Part shown: positions 7,872 through 16,550 of the stretch, piece after piece | How the letters are laid out: each line of letters begins with the position of its first letter | How positions within the stretch are numbered: the first letter of the stretch is position 1 | NCBI GenBank assembly: GCA_023250495.1 | Contig: JAHFAP010000010.1 | Span: 1-33,260, forward strand | Direction of reading: 5' to 3' | Source: Deltaproteobacteria bacterium | GTDB lineage: Bacteria; Desulfobacterota; Binatia; UBA9968 | Length of the DNA: 33,260 bases | Made by a program: the position numbers and the translations under genes | Notes under the pieces: model-generated | The model's database searches: none | Told to the model about the DNA's origin: nothing | What the model saw: the letters and a program-made list of their open reading frames with translations, nothing else

Positions 7872-9113
7872 ATGGGCCGTGAAAAACTGCTGCGCGAAGA
7901 TGATTATCTAGCCGCACGGGCCGACGAATACCTATGGTCGGAATCGAACAAGCTCGGCCTGTCCCGGCGCAGCTTCCTCAAGCTGTTAGCCGCAGCCGGT
8001 TCGCTGGCGCCGCTCGCAGGCGGGGCGATGCGGCCGGCCTCTGCGCGCGCTGCGACCCCGCAACCGGTTCTGAAACCCACACCCCCCGATCTTTTCAACG
8101 ACTTCGGCAGCAACAAGGAAATGCGCTGGGAGGCCATGTACGGCAGGGGCTACCTCGTTCCCAACGAATTGTTTTTCGTGCGCAATCACACCCGCACGCC
8201 GACCCTCGAGGTCAACAATTGGCGTCTTAAGATCGAAGGCTCGGGCGTCAATCGAACTCTGGAGCTTACGTATGATGATCTTCTGGCCATGCCCGCCGTC
8301 TCATTCGTTCGCTACGTCGAATGCGCGGGAAACGGCCGGAGCTTTTTTGAGACCGGGCACGGCAAAAAGGCGCAAGGAACCCAGTGGAAGCTCGGCGCCA
8401 TCGGCGTGGCGGAGTGGACCGGCGTTCCTTTAAGAGAGATCCTGGAGCGCGCGGGGGTCAAGAAAACGGCGCGCGACGTCATGCCTGAAGGTCTGGATGA
8501 TCTCAAGGTGCGACGCCCCATGTCGCTCGACAAAGCTATGGAAGAAGACACGCTGGTTGTTTACGCGATGAACGGGCAGCCTCTCCCGGCGGATCACGGC
8601 TTTCCGGCGCGCGTGCTCGCTCCCGGCTGGATAGGCGTGGCAAACATCAAGTGGGTGGGGCGCATCCAGGTCTCTGAAGAGCCGCTGTTCACGCAGTGGA
8701 ATACCGACACCTACGTCCTGATCGGTCCGGACTACAAGCCCAGCGCGCCGGCCAAAGGCCCAATTCTCTCGCTTCAGTCCATGAAGAGCGCGCTGGAACT
8801 TCCCTGGGACGGCGAAATCACCGCCGGCCGCAGATTGCTTCGCGGCCGCGCCTGGTCGCCGCAGGGAAAAATCGACAGAGTGGAGTACAGCCTCGATCAG
8901 GGAAAAAGCTGGCAAAGGGCAAGGCTCAGAGAGCCAAATATTTCCAAGGCGTGGGTTCGCTGGGACGCCGACTGGGATGCGCGCTCCGGGAAACACTTGA
9001 TCCGCGTGCGCGCTGCCGATGAGCGGGGCAACGCTCAGCCGGAACGCGTCGCTTTCAACGAGCAGGGATACCTGAACAATGCGTTGGTTGATCACCCGAT
9101 CACGGTGAAGTGA
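7872..9113 (+). CDS. Sulfite-oxidase-family molybdopterin oxidoreductase (SorA-like sulfite dehydrogenase)
   Basis: AAGGAGG RBS, twin-arginine signal 'SRRSFLKLLAAAG', and 'YVECAGNGR', the Mo-ligand cysteine motif of the sulfite oxidase family. A dimerisation-domain-like C-terminus follows. Confidence 0.85.
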   Translation: MGREKLLREDDYLAARADEYLWSESNKLGLSRRSFLKLLAAAGSLAPLAGGAMRPASARAATPQPVLKPTPPDLFNDFGSNKEMRWEAMYGRGYLVPNELFFVRNHTRTPTLEVNNWRLKIEGSGVNRTLELTYDDLLAMPAVSFVRYVECAGNGRSFFETGHGKKAQGTQWKLGAIGVAEWTGVPLREILERAGVKKTARDVMPEGLDDLKVRRPMSLDKAMEEDTLVVYAMNGQPLPADHGFPARVLAPGWIGVANIKWVGRIQVSEEPLFTQWNTDTYVLIGPDYKPSAPAKGPILSLQSMKSALELPWDGEITAGRRLLRGRAWSPQGKIDRVEYSLDQGKSWQRARLREPNISKAWVRWDADWDARSGKHLIRVRAADERGNAQPERVAFNEQGYLNNALVDHPITVK

Positions 9114-10156
9114 GAGAACCCGTGGCACGGATCTTAGCGAATTGCTTTTGTGCGCTTGTCGTACTTCTTTCAGTTCCTGCCTTTGAAGCCGCCGGCGCGG
9201 CCGCCCCAAGCGAGGTGATCATCACCCACGGAAGCATGAGCACGACCGCGATTCCCCTTTGGGTCGCCGAGGATCAGGGCCTCTTCCCTAAGCATGGGGT
9301 CAAGGCAAAGGCTGTCTGGGTGCGTGGCAACCCCATGCAGATCGCGACTCTGGCTTCAGGCGACACGCAGATCGCCTACGGCGGGGCCACGACGGCCCTT
9401 GCGGCCGCGGTCGGAGGACGGGAGTTGAAGATCGTGGCCAGCTTCACCAGCCGGGAAAACTTGGACTTGGTCGCCCGACCGGGAATCAACAGCGGGAAGG
9501 ATTTGCGCGGGAAGCGCTTCGGAATCCAGAGTATCGGAGGAGGGGTATGGAAGACGGCCACGGTTTGGCTTGAGCACTTCGGCATGGATGAGCGGCGGGA
9601 CAATATCCAGATGATCGTGATCGGCGATGTAACGGTGCTGAGTCAAGCTCTGGAGACGGGAAGAATCGATGCTACCGTGGCGCCTGGATTCCTCAGCCGA
9701 AGGCTGGCTGAAAAAGGATTTGTCATCCTGGGAAGATGCGACCAGGTGAGGCTCCCTTCGGTGGGCATGACGGTTGTCGTCGAGAGAGCCTATCTCCAAC
9801 AGAACTCGGAAACGCTGCAAGATGTCCTCAAGGCGCTGATCGAGAGTACGGTCTTCATATCGAACCCGAAGAGCAAAGCCGCCGTCCTGGAGACCATCGT
9901 GAAACGGTTCAAAATCACCGATCCCGCCGCCGCCGAAGCCGCCTACCAGGATGTCGTTGCTCTCGTCAGACTGGAGGAATATCGGAAGCCCTATGTACCG
10001 ATCGAGGGCCTGCGCATCTTACAGCGGGTGATGAAGGGGCAAAATCCGCGCATCGGGGACGTCAAGGTGGATAATCTGGTGGATTCTGGGGTTGTCCGAA
10101 AGCTGGAGGAAGGCGGCTTCTTCGAGCGGCTCTACGCCGATTATGGTGTGAAATAA
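9110..10156 (+). CDS. NMT1/THI5-like ABC transporter substrate-binding protein
   Basis: GTG start overlaps the preceding stop (GTGA). It has a signal peptide ILANCFCALVVLLSVPAFEAAGA and the family C-terminus 'EEGGFFERLYADYGVK'. Confidence 0.75.
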   Translation: MREPVARILANCFCALVVLLSVPAFEAAGAAAPSEVIITHGSMSTTAIPLWVAEDQGLFPKHGVKAKAVWVRGNPMQIATLASGDTQIAYGGATTALAAAVGGRELKIVASFTSRENLDLVARPGINSGKDLRGKRFGIQSIGGGVWKTATVWLEHFGMDERRDNIQMIVIGDVTVLSQALETGRIDATVAPGFLSRRLAEKGFVILGRCDQVRLPSVGMTVVVERAYLQQNSETLQDVLKALIESTVFISNPKSKAAVLETIVKRFKITDPAAAEAAYQDVVALVRLEEYRKPYVPIEGLRILQRVMKGQNPRIGDVKVDNLVDSGVVRKLEEGGFFERLYADYGVK

Positions 10157-10179
10157 CCGAGTCGCCCGGAGGTGAAAAG

Positions 10180-11268
10180 ATGCTGCTGATCAGCGATCCC
10201 GAGGTGGGACAAGTCCTCAAGATGAGCGATTGCATCGCGGCCATGGAGCGGGCCTTTGCCGAGGAGGCCAGAGGAATCGCAGTGAATCGGCCGAGGACGC
10301 GCTACAAGGTTCCTCCCGAGCTCGACCAGCCGGGTTACATGGCCAACATCATTCCCGGCGCGGTGCCGAGCTCAGGCGTGGCGGCGCTCCGCTATGACTC
10401 GACGATCGTGCAGGAACGGCTCTTTGCCGGAACCAAGAGAATGGATTTTCCCTCTCCCGCAAAGAGGAGCTGGGGATTTGTCCTGCTCTTTAGCTTGGAG
10501 ACGGGCGAGCCCCTGGCCCTCATCCATGATTTTACCCTCTCCGCGATACGGGTAGGCGCGACCACGGGAATCGCTCACCGGGCCTTGTCCAAGAAGGATG
10601 CTGAAGTGGTCGGCCTGTTCGGCTCGGGGAATGAGGCGCGGCGAAACCTGGAAGCTATTTGTTCCGTTCGCGATATCAAGTCCGTCAAAGTTTACAGCAG
10701 CACCAAAGAGCATCGGGAAAAATTCGCGGAAGAGATGACGGAGCTGCTGAACGTCGAGATCCAGCCCGTAGGCAGTCCTGAAGCCGTCATCAAGGGATCG
10801 GATATCGTCATGTGCGCCACCAATTCAAGCCAGCCCGTGTTCGACGGCCGCTGGCTCGAGCCGGGGCAGCTCGTGACCACCATCGTCAACACCGACGGCG
10901 TGCACCGCCGCACCGAAGCGGACGCGGCCACGATGATCCGAAGCGACTTGATCGTGCTCAACAACAAAGAAACGGCGATCACGAATCAGCAGCGGGAGCT
11001 GCTCGATCTGATCGACCAGGGGAAATTTGGTTGGGACAAGGTCTGCGAGCTGGGCCAGGTCCTCATCGGCAAGCATCCCGGACGAACGAGCGAAAAACAA
11101 ATGATCTATTACAAGAGCAACACAGGCGTGGGCATCCAGTTCGCGGCCGCCGGCGCGCTGATCTATCAGGCCTGCAAGAAGCAGGGCTTGGGACGGGAGC
11201 TTCCCTCGGAGTGGTTCGGCGCCGACCTGAGCGGGTGGATGGGAAAAGGCTTCATGCCGTCCCCTTGA
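10180..11268 (+). CDS. Ornithine cyclodeaminase / mu-crystallin family protein
   Basis: 362 aa with GGAGGTG RBS. It has the Rossmann segment 'VVGLFGSGNEARRNLEA' and overall OCD-family layout. Confidence 0.85.
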   Translation: MLLISDPEVGQVLKMSDCIAAMERAFAEEARGIAVNRPRTRYKVPPELDQPGYMANIIPGAVPSSGVAALRYDSTIVQERLFAGTKRMDFPSPAKRSWGFVLLFSLETGEPLALIHDFTLSAIRVGATTGIAHRALSKKDAEVVGLFGSGNEARRNLEAICSVRDIKSVKVYSSTKEHREKFAEEMTELLNVEIQPVGSPEAVIKGSDIVMCATNSSQPVFDGRWLEPGQLVTTIVNTDGVHRRTEADAATMIRSDLIVLNNKETAITNQQRELLDLIDQGKFGWDKVCELGQVLIGKHPGRTSEKQMIYYKSNTGVGIQFAAAGALIYQACKKQGLGRELPSEWFGADLSGWMGKGFMPSP

Positions 11269-11588
11269 CCGGAGCATATCTTGCCGCATTCAGCAGGAAT
11301 ACTTCATGGGAAAGCTGCCTAATCGTCTCGCCGCTATCGTCTTACTCGCTTTGTCGGCGGCTTCGGCCAACGCGCGGGACCATTTTTCTCCGGATGCGGA
11401 ATCTGATCGGTCCCGGGATGGGCACCGACAACAGCCTATCCAACGAACGCTCTCTGAAGATTCTCTCAAGTTGACTTAACAGTACCTTATTGGCTAGCCT
11501 CTGCCTCATGAATGTGCGCCGGCCGGCGGGAGTTTGCTGAAAAAGTTTTTAAGTAGACGCTGAGATATGCGACAAGAAAGGCTTTAAC

Positions 11589-12692
11589 GTGCAGCGGCCC
11601 AAATGGATTTTTGCCGCCTTGCTTGCTGTGCTCTCGCCGGCGCCTCTCGGAGCGGCGGACGTGCAGACGGAATGGGAGAGGACGTTGGCCGCGGCCAGGA
11701 AAGAGGGAACCCTTGTCGTGGGTATTCCCGCCAGCGCGGAATTGAGAAAGGCGATCGATGCCAGGTTTCAAGAGAAGTTCCGGATTCCTCTGGAGCTTTT
11801 TCCCAGCCGGGGTCCGGAGAATGTAACGAGGATCATAAACGAATACAGCGCCGGTGTCCGCTACTTCGACGTATTTGTGGCCGGGGGAGCGACGCCTATA
11901 ACGATGGCCTCTTCCGGGGCAGCGGATGATGTATTGCCGTACATGATCCTGCCGGAGGTGAAAGATCCGAAGAACTGGTGGGGCGGCCATATCTGGGAGG
12001 ACAACGTCAGCACGAAGCGTTATATCTACGCCTTTCAGTGCTACACCAGCGAGACGTTTTGGTATAACACGAGTCAGGCGGCGCCTCAGGAGATTCGTTC
12101 CTATGATGATCTGCTGAACGCCAAATGGAAGGGCAGGATCGGATTTCTCGACCCGCGAAATCCAGGCTCAGGACAAAACAGTTGGACCTTCTTGTGGAAA
12201 GTAAAAGGCGAAGAGTATCTCAAAAGACTGACACAGCAGGATCTTCTCATCACTCAAAACCAACGGCAGATCGCGGAAGGTCTGGCCAAGGGAAAACTTG
12301 CATTTACGATCGGGCTGAGCCATTACAGCTATGAACCCTTCATGAAATCCGGGTTGCCGGTCAGCCCTATTCCCCGGATCAAAGAAGGAGGTCAGGCTAA
12401 TAATGGGAGCGGAGTTCTCACGGTCGTGAAAAACCCCCCGCACCCGAACGGTGCCAAGATTTTTGTCAGTTGGCTGCTGGGCAGGGAAGGGCAGGAGCTT
12501 TACGGCAAGGCGATGATTCAGGGGACGCGCCGGCTCGACGTGGATACACAATGGCTGAAGGAGTTTGGTGTCGAGGGCTGTAAAGACGTGATGACCGTTG
12601 ACGATTATTATCGCCTGGAGACGCACCTGGAATCCTCGGTCCTCAAGCTGAGGAATCCGGCCATCGCTTTGGCGACGAAGATTTTAAAGTGA
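11589..12692 (+). CDS. ABC transporter substrate-binding protein, FbpA/AfuA-like (paralog 1 of 4)
   Basis: Signal peptide MQRPKWIFAALLAVLSPAPLGAA. It shares 'KEGTLVVGIPAS', 'WWGGHIWEDNVSTKR' and 'TRRLDVDT' with the genes at 16551, 23086 and 24243. Confidence 0.8.
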   Translation: MQRPKWIFAALLAVLSPAPLGAADVQTEWERTLAAARKEGTLVVGIPASAELRKAIDARFQEKFRIPLELFPSRGPENVTRIINEYSAGVRYFDVFVAGGATPITMASSGAADDVLPYMILPEVKDPKNWWGGHIWEDNVSTKRYIYAFQCYTSETFWYNTSQAAPQEIRSYDDLLNAKWKGRIGFLDPRNPGSGQNSWTFLWKVKGEEYLKRLTQQDLLITQNQRQIAEGLAKGKLAFTIGLSHYSYEPFMKSGLPVSPIPRIKEGGQANNGSGVLTVVKNPPHPNGAKIFVSWLLGREGQELYGKAMIQGTRRLDVDTQWLKEFGVEGCKDVMTVDDYYRLETHLESSVLKLRNPAIALATKILK

Positions 12693-12744
12693 CAACTCAA
12701 GGTGAGCATACATACCGGAGAGTTTTCAGACTTGGACAGAATGC

Positions 12745-12769
12745 GAGATTCTTCGCTACGCTCAGAATG
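12745..12769. repeat. Left arm of a REP-like palindromic element, interrupted by the IS
   Basis: GAGATTCTTCGCTACGCTCAGAATG(AC). It pairs with GTCATCCTGAACGAAGTGAAGGATCTC at 13873-13899 once the IS and one target-duplication copy are removed. Confidence 0.6.
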
Positions 12770-13851
12770 GGAATAATGCTCAAAAAGTGTTGGTAAAATT
12801 AGCACAAACTTGTTTGGCAACGCCATGTTAGCTGTACTATTGTTGACGCCGTTCAACAATGGTGATGTTTCGATGACAAAAAAAGCACTGTCCACGCTGT
12901 CACTCTTCGCAGGTGCAACGTCACGGGAAAACTCGGCAACAGAAGCAACGCTGGCTTTGTCGGATCTGCGGTCGTTGCTTTGTCTGGAAGAACGCACTCA
13001 GCAAGTACGCCCATCAACGTGTCTGGTTCGAGCGGTGGATTGTCGAGGGTTACACGCTGAGACAACTGGCCGCTCAGAGCGGTCACAGTATTTCTACTCT
13101 CAGGCGAATTATCGAACATTGGCTGCAACGTCCTCCACCAAGCCGTATAGAGCTATCGACTTATCGTTACCTGCTCTTCGATGGAACTTTTATCGACCAG
13201 CGCAAGGGAGTCTTTGCAGTGATGGACACTGAGCGCTTCACAGTCATCCACGGAGCTCCCGAGATGGCCGAAGGACCCGGACACCTACATCCTTTCTGTT
13301 CCACTTTAGCCCAACGCGGCTTAGTACCAACAAGCGCTACTATAGACGGCAATCCACACCTGATGCGGGTCTTACAGCTACTATGGCCCGAGATCCTCAT
13401 TCAACGTTGTCTAGTGCACATCCAGCGCCAGGGACTCAGTTGGTGCAGGCAGTATCCCAAGCGCACTGACGCTAAACACCTTAGAGCCCTTTTTCTTCAA
13501 GTCATGTCCCTCCACACCGTTTCCGATCGCGATCGCTTTTTATCCCAGCTTCATGCTTGGGAACGCCGTTATGGACGCCATATTGCCCGCTCACCAGAGA
13601 AGGGCTGGGTCTTCAGCGATCTTAAACGAGCGCGCAGCATGTTGTTGTCTGCCTTGCCGGACATGTTCCGTTACCTCGACGATCCTTTAATTGCCAAATC
13701 GACCAATGCCCTAGAAGGATACTTCGCTCGACTCAAACAAAAGTACCGACAGCATCGAGGTCTGGCTCAGCGTCATCGTGAAGCGTATTTTCGATGGTAT
13801 TTGCATCTGTGTCCGAGATAAAAATGACACACACTTTTTGGACATTAATCC
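12770..13851 (+). mobile_element. IS1-family insertion sequence (1082 bp)
   Basis: The terminal inverted repeats are GGAATAATGCTCAAAAAGTGTTGGT and the reverse complement of the right end, GGATTAATGTCCAAAAAGTGTGTGT (20/25 matches). They are flanked by a 7-bp direct duplication, CAGAATG, at 12763-12769 and 13852-13858. One long transposase ORF lies inside. Confidence 0.75.
12913..13821 (+). CDS. IS1-family transposase (InsA-like zinc finger/HTH fused to an InsB-like DDE domain); the N-terminus is disrupted or needs recoding
   Basis: 'RHGKTRQQKQRWLCRICGRCF' plus the upstream in-frame 'KKHCPRCHSS' parallels the IS1 InsA finger. 'FDGTF', 'TIDGNP' and 'TNALEGYFARLKQ' parallel the InsB D, D and E regions. 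The only ATG (12873) is in another frame across an A7 run. Confidence 0.75.
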   Translation: MQRHGKTRQQKQRWLCRICGRCFVWKNALSKYAHQRVWFERWIVEGYTLRQLAAQSGHSISTLRRIIEHWLQRPPPSRIELSTYRYLLFDGTFIDQRKGVFAVMDTERFTVIHGAPEMAEGPGHLHPFCSTLAQRGLVPTSATIDGNPHLMRVLQLLWPEILIQRCLVHIQRQGLSWCRQYPKRTDAKHLRALFLQVMSLHTVSDRDRFLSQLHAWERRYGRHIARSPEKGWVFSDLKRARSMLLSALPDMFRYLDDPLIAKSTNALEGYFARLKQKYRQHRGLAQRHREAYFRWYLHLCPR

Positions 13852-13858
13852 CAGAATG

Positions 13859-13899
13859 ACAAAAAGCGAGCTGTCATCCTGAACGAAGTGAAGGATCTC
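13859..13899. repeat. Loop and right arm of the REP-like palindromic element interrupted by the IS
   Basis: ACAAAAAGCGAGCT + GTCATCCTGAACGAAGTGAAGGATCTC. It belongs to the same family as 16402-16506. Confidence 0.6.
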
Positions 13900-13917
13900 A
13901 AAGACGGAGCTGCTGAT

Positions 13918-15195
13918 ATGATTACGAAAGAAGAAAACCAGCTGCTGACCCAAGTCGGTCCCGGGACGCCGGCCGGAGAGCTGTTGCGGCGATACTGGCA
14001 ACCTGTCGCTCTCTCGGAGGAGATGCCTTTTGGAGGAGCGCCTCTGGCTGTGACGATCCTGGGCGAGAATTTGGTCTTGTTCCGCGATGACAAAGGGCGT
14101 GCAGGGCTTTTGGGGCTCCGCTGCTCCCACAGGGGAACAGACCTAAGCTACGGGCGAGTCGAAGATGGTGGGTTGAGATGCCTCTATCATGGATGGCTCT
14201 ATGATATTAAAGGGCGCTGTCTCGAGCAGCCGGGAGAACCCGGCGGAGGCGAACATAGGGACTCGATTCGCCACCCGGCCTATCCCTGCGAGGAGAAAGC
14301 CGGAGTGATTTTCACCTACATGGGACCGGGGAAGGCGCCCTTGCTTCCCAACTACGAATTTCTCGGCGCGCCGCCCGACCATCGGCTTGTGGCAAAGATC
14401 TTTCACGAGTGCAATTACTTGCAGGCCAACGAGGGAAACATCGATCCGATCCACCTCTCTTACCTCCATCGCTTTCTTGAAAATAGAGAGGAGCGATATC
14501 GGGGCGTGCGCGGCGCCGAGGAATCTCACTATAACCTCGTGGGCAGAGACCTCGCCCCCAGCATCGAATTGGAGCTGACCGATTTCGGTGTGCGGATCTA
14601 TACGGCGCGGAAGCAGCCGGGCGACAAGGTCTACTTGAGAGTTTCCTACTTCATCCTTCCCAATTTGAGCGCCTTCCCGGGGCAGACGGGCGGTGAGGGG
14701 TACACGGTCAACTGGCATGTTCCAATCGACGATACGCATCACTGGAAATATATGTTTGTATTCAGCCGGGAAGCGCCCCTGGACAAGACGCTGATCCAGC
14801 GGGAACGCTCCGAGCTGACGCCCGATTTCAAATTGGCGCGAAACAGCTCCAACCGTTTCCTGCAGGACCGGGAATCGATGAAGACCAAGACCTATTCAGG
14901 CATGGGTCACGGCTTTCAGGCGCACGACGTTTTTGCGACCTCGAGCCAGGGCGCGATCCAGGACCGCACGCAGGAGCACGTGGTTTCTTCGGACAAGGCG
15001 ATCGTTGCGGCGCGCAAGCTCATGAAGAAGGCTATTCGCGATATCCAGGAGGGACGTGAGCCGCCGCATGTTATCAGGACTCCAAGTCAGAACCGCTTTC
15101 CCCATCTACAGGTGGTCTCGGATCTGATCCCCAGCGCCACCGACTTTAGGGAGCACACCAAGAGCCTGGAGGCCGAAGCAAGGGCAAGATCGTGA
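13918..15195 (+). CDS. Rieske [2Fe-2S] non-heme-iron oxygenase, phthalate-dioxygenase/VanA-like (paralog 1)
   Basis: Rieske motif 'CSHRGTDLSYG...CLYHGWLYD' and iron-site region 'NYLQANEGNIDPIHLSYLH'. ATG 13918 (MITKEENQLLTQVGPGTP) is chosen; GTG 13888 lies inside the palindromic repeat. Confidence 0.85.
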   Translation: MITKEENQLLTQVGPGTPAGELLRRYWQPVALSEEMPFGGAPLAVTILGENLVLFRDDKGRAGLLGLRCSHRGTDLSYGRVEDGGLRCLYHGWLYDIKGRCLEQPGEPGGGEHRDSIRHPAYPCEEKAGVIFTYMGPGKAPLLPNYEFLGAPPDHRLVAKIFHECNYLQANEGNIDPIHLSYLHRFLENREERYRGVRGAEESHYNLVGRDLAPSIELELTDFGVRIYTARKQPGDKVYLRVSYFILPNLSAFPGQTGGEGYTVNWHVPIDDTHHWKYMFVFSREAPLDKTLIQRERSELTPDFKLARNSSNRFLQDRESMKTKTYSGMGHGFQAHDVFATSSQGAIQDRTQEHVVSSDKAIVAARKLMKKAIRDIQEGREPPHVIRTPSQNRFPHLQVVSDLIPSATDFREHTKSLEAEARARS

Positions 15196-16376
15196 CTAAA
15201 GTGTTGAGAATGGGGATGGCGGGTCTGGGAGTGGCGAGCACCCAGATCCTGCCCTCGGTCTCCAAGCTTCCCTACCTACAAGTGACCGCCGCAGCCGATG
15301 TCCGTCACGACGCGTTGGCGAAATTCCGCAAGGAGTACGACGCCGAGGTGTTCACCAGCTTCGACGAGATGTGCAAGAGTCCGAACGTCGACTTCGTTTA
15401 TGTCGCCACGCCCAATGAGCTGCACGCGCGGCACGTGATCGCCGCCGCCGAGCACGGCAAGCACGCCATCGTCGAGAAGCCGATGGCCGTTACTCTCGAA
15501 GAGTGCGAGGCGATGAACGCGGCCGCGGAAAGAAACGGGACGAAGCTCCTGTGCGGCCACACGCACAGCTTCGATCCGCCGATCAGAAAGATCAGAGAAA
15601 TCATCCAGAGCGGAGGGTTGGGCAGTCTGCGCATGATTCATAGCTGGAATTACAACGACTTCATGTACCGGCCGAGGATGAAGCACGAGCTGGCGACGAG
15701 TCGCGGAGCGGTATTAAATCAAGGCCCGCATCAGGTCGACGTGGTGAGACTCATAGGCGGAGGAATGGTGCGGAGCCTTCGGGCGTCCACGGCCATCTGG
15801 GACCCGGCCCGGCCCCATGAGGGAAGCTACGTCTGCTATCTCGAGTTCGACAACGGGGTGCCGGCCACGTTGGTCTACAGCGGCTATGGTTTCTTCGACA
15901 CGGCTGAGCTGTTCTGGTGGGTCGGGGAGGGAGGACAACCCAGAGATCCGGAGACCAATCCAAGAGCGAGAAAAAATATCCGCGGGATCACCAATTCCCA
16001 GGAAGAAGAGTTGTTGAAGGAGCAGATGCGTTACGGCGGGCTGAGACAAGGCGAGTTCAGCCATGAGTGGCAAGGCGAGCAGCATCAGCCGTTTTTCGGC
16101 TTGACGCTGGTGAGCTGCGACAAAGGAGACATTCGACAGTCCCCGGACGGCTTAATCATTTACGGCGAGGAAGGAAAACGGGAGGTCGCGCTTCCGCAGG
16201 GAAAAAGAGGGCGCGAAGCGGAAGTGGAGGAGCTTTATCAGGCGATCGCCAACGATAGACCAGTCTTTCATGACGGCAGATGGGGAGAAGCGACATTGGA
16301 GGTTTGCCTGGCTTTCCTTGAATCCGCCAAAGAGAGGCGGGAGATTTTTCTCTCGCATCAGAGGCCGGTGCAGTGA
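15192..16376 (+). CDS. Gfo/Idh/MocA-family NAD(P)-dependent oxidoreductase
   Basis: N-terminal Rossmann 'MGMAGLGVAS' and the family motif 'AIVEKPMAVTLEECEAM'. The start overlaps the Rieske stop (GTGA), which suggests translational coupling. Confidence 0.85.
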   Translation: MTKVLRMGMAGLGVASTQILPSVSKLPYLQVTAAADVRHDALAKFRKEYDAEVFTSFDEMCKSPNVDFVYVATPNELHARHVIAAAEHGKHAIVEKPMAVTLEECEAMNAAAERNGTKLLCGHTHSFDPPIRKIREIIQSGGLGSLRMIHSWNYNDFMYRPRMKHELATSRGAVLNQGPHQVDVVRLIGGGMVRSLRASTAIWDPARPHEGSYVCYLEFDNGVPATLVYSGYGFFDTAELFWWVGEGGQPRDPETNPRARKNIRGITNSQEEELLKEQMRYGGLRQGEFSHEWQGEQHQPFFGLTLVSCDKGDIRQSPDGLIIYGEEGKREVALPQGKRGREAEVEELYQAIANDRPVFHDGRWGEATLEVCLAFLESAKERREIFLSHQRPVQ

Positions 16377-16401
16377 TGATGGAAAGCTCGCTCTCTTTCC
16401 T

Positions 16402-16506
16402 GTCATTCTGAGGCGAAGCCGAAGAATCTCGGTCGAGATCCTTCACGGAGTTTACCCTGAGACTCTTCACTTCGTTCAGAGTGACAAACGAAGGGTTCAG
16501 GATGAC
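16402..16506. repeat. Composite REP-like palindromic element, same family as 12745/13873
   Basis: GTCATTCTGAGGCGAAGCCGAAGAATCTC-GGTC-GAGATCCTTCAC... then ...CTTCACTTCGTTCAGAGTGAC and GGTTCAGGATGAC. The stems are nested and imperfect. It sits between two co-directional genes. Confidence 0.6.
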
Positions 16507-16550
16507 AGAAGAAGAGCTGAGGCTCGCGAACTCGGCGGCCAACTGACTAG

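Noticed and set aside
10812-11474. 220-aa ORF overlapping the 3' half of the ornithine-cyclodeaminase-family gene and the following spacer
   Set aside because: It is an alternative frame of a well-supported gene, with an Arg-rich, low-complexity translation.
12810-13232. 140-aa ORF inside the IS in an alternative frame
   Set aside because: Only its MTKK segment (from the internal ATG at 12873, up to the A7 run) is meaningful as the probable true transposase N-terminus. The rest is an out-of-frame reading of the transposase gene.
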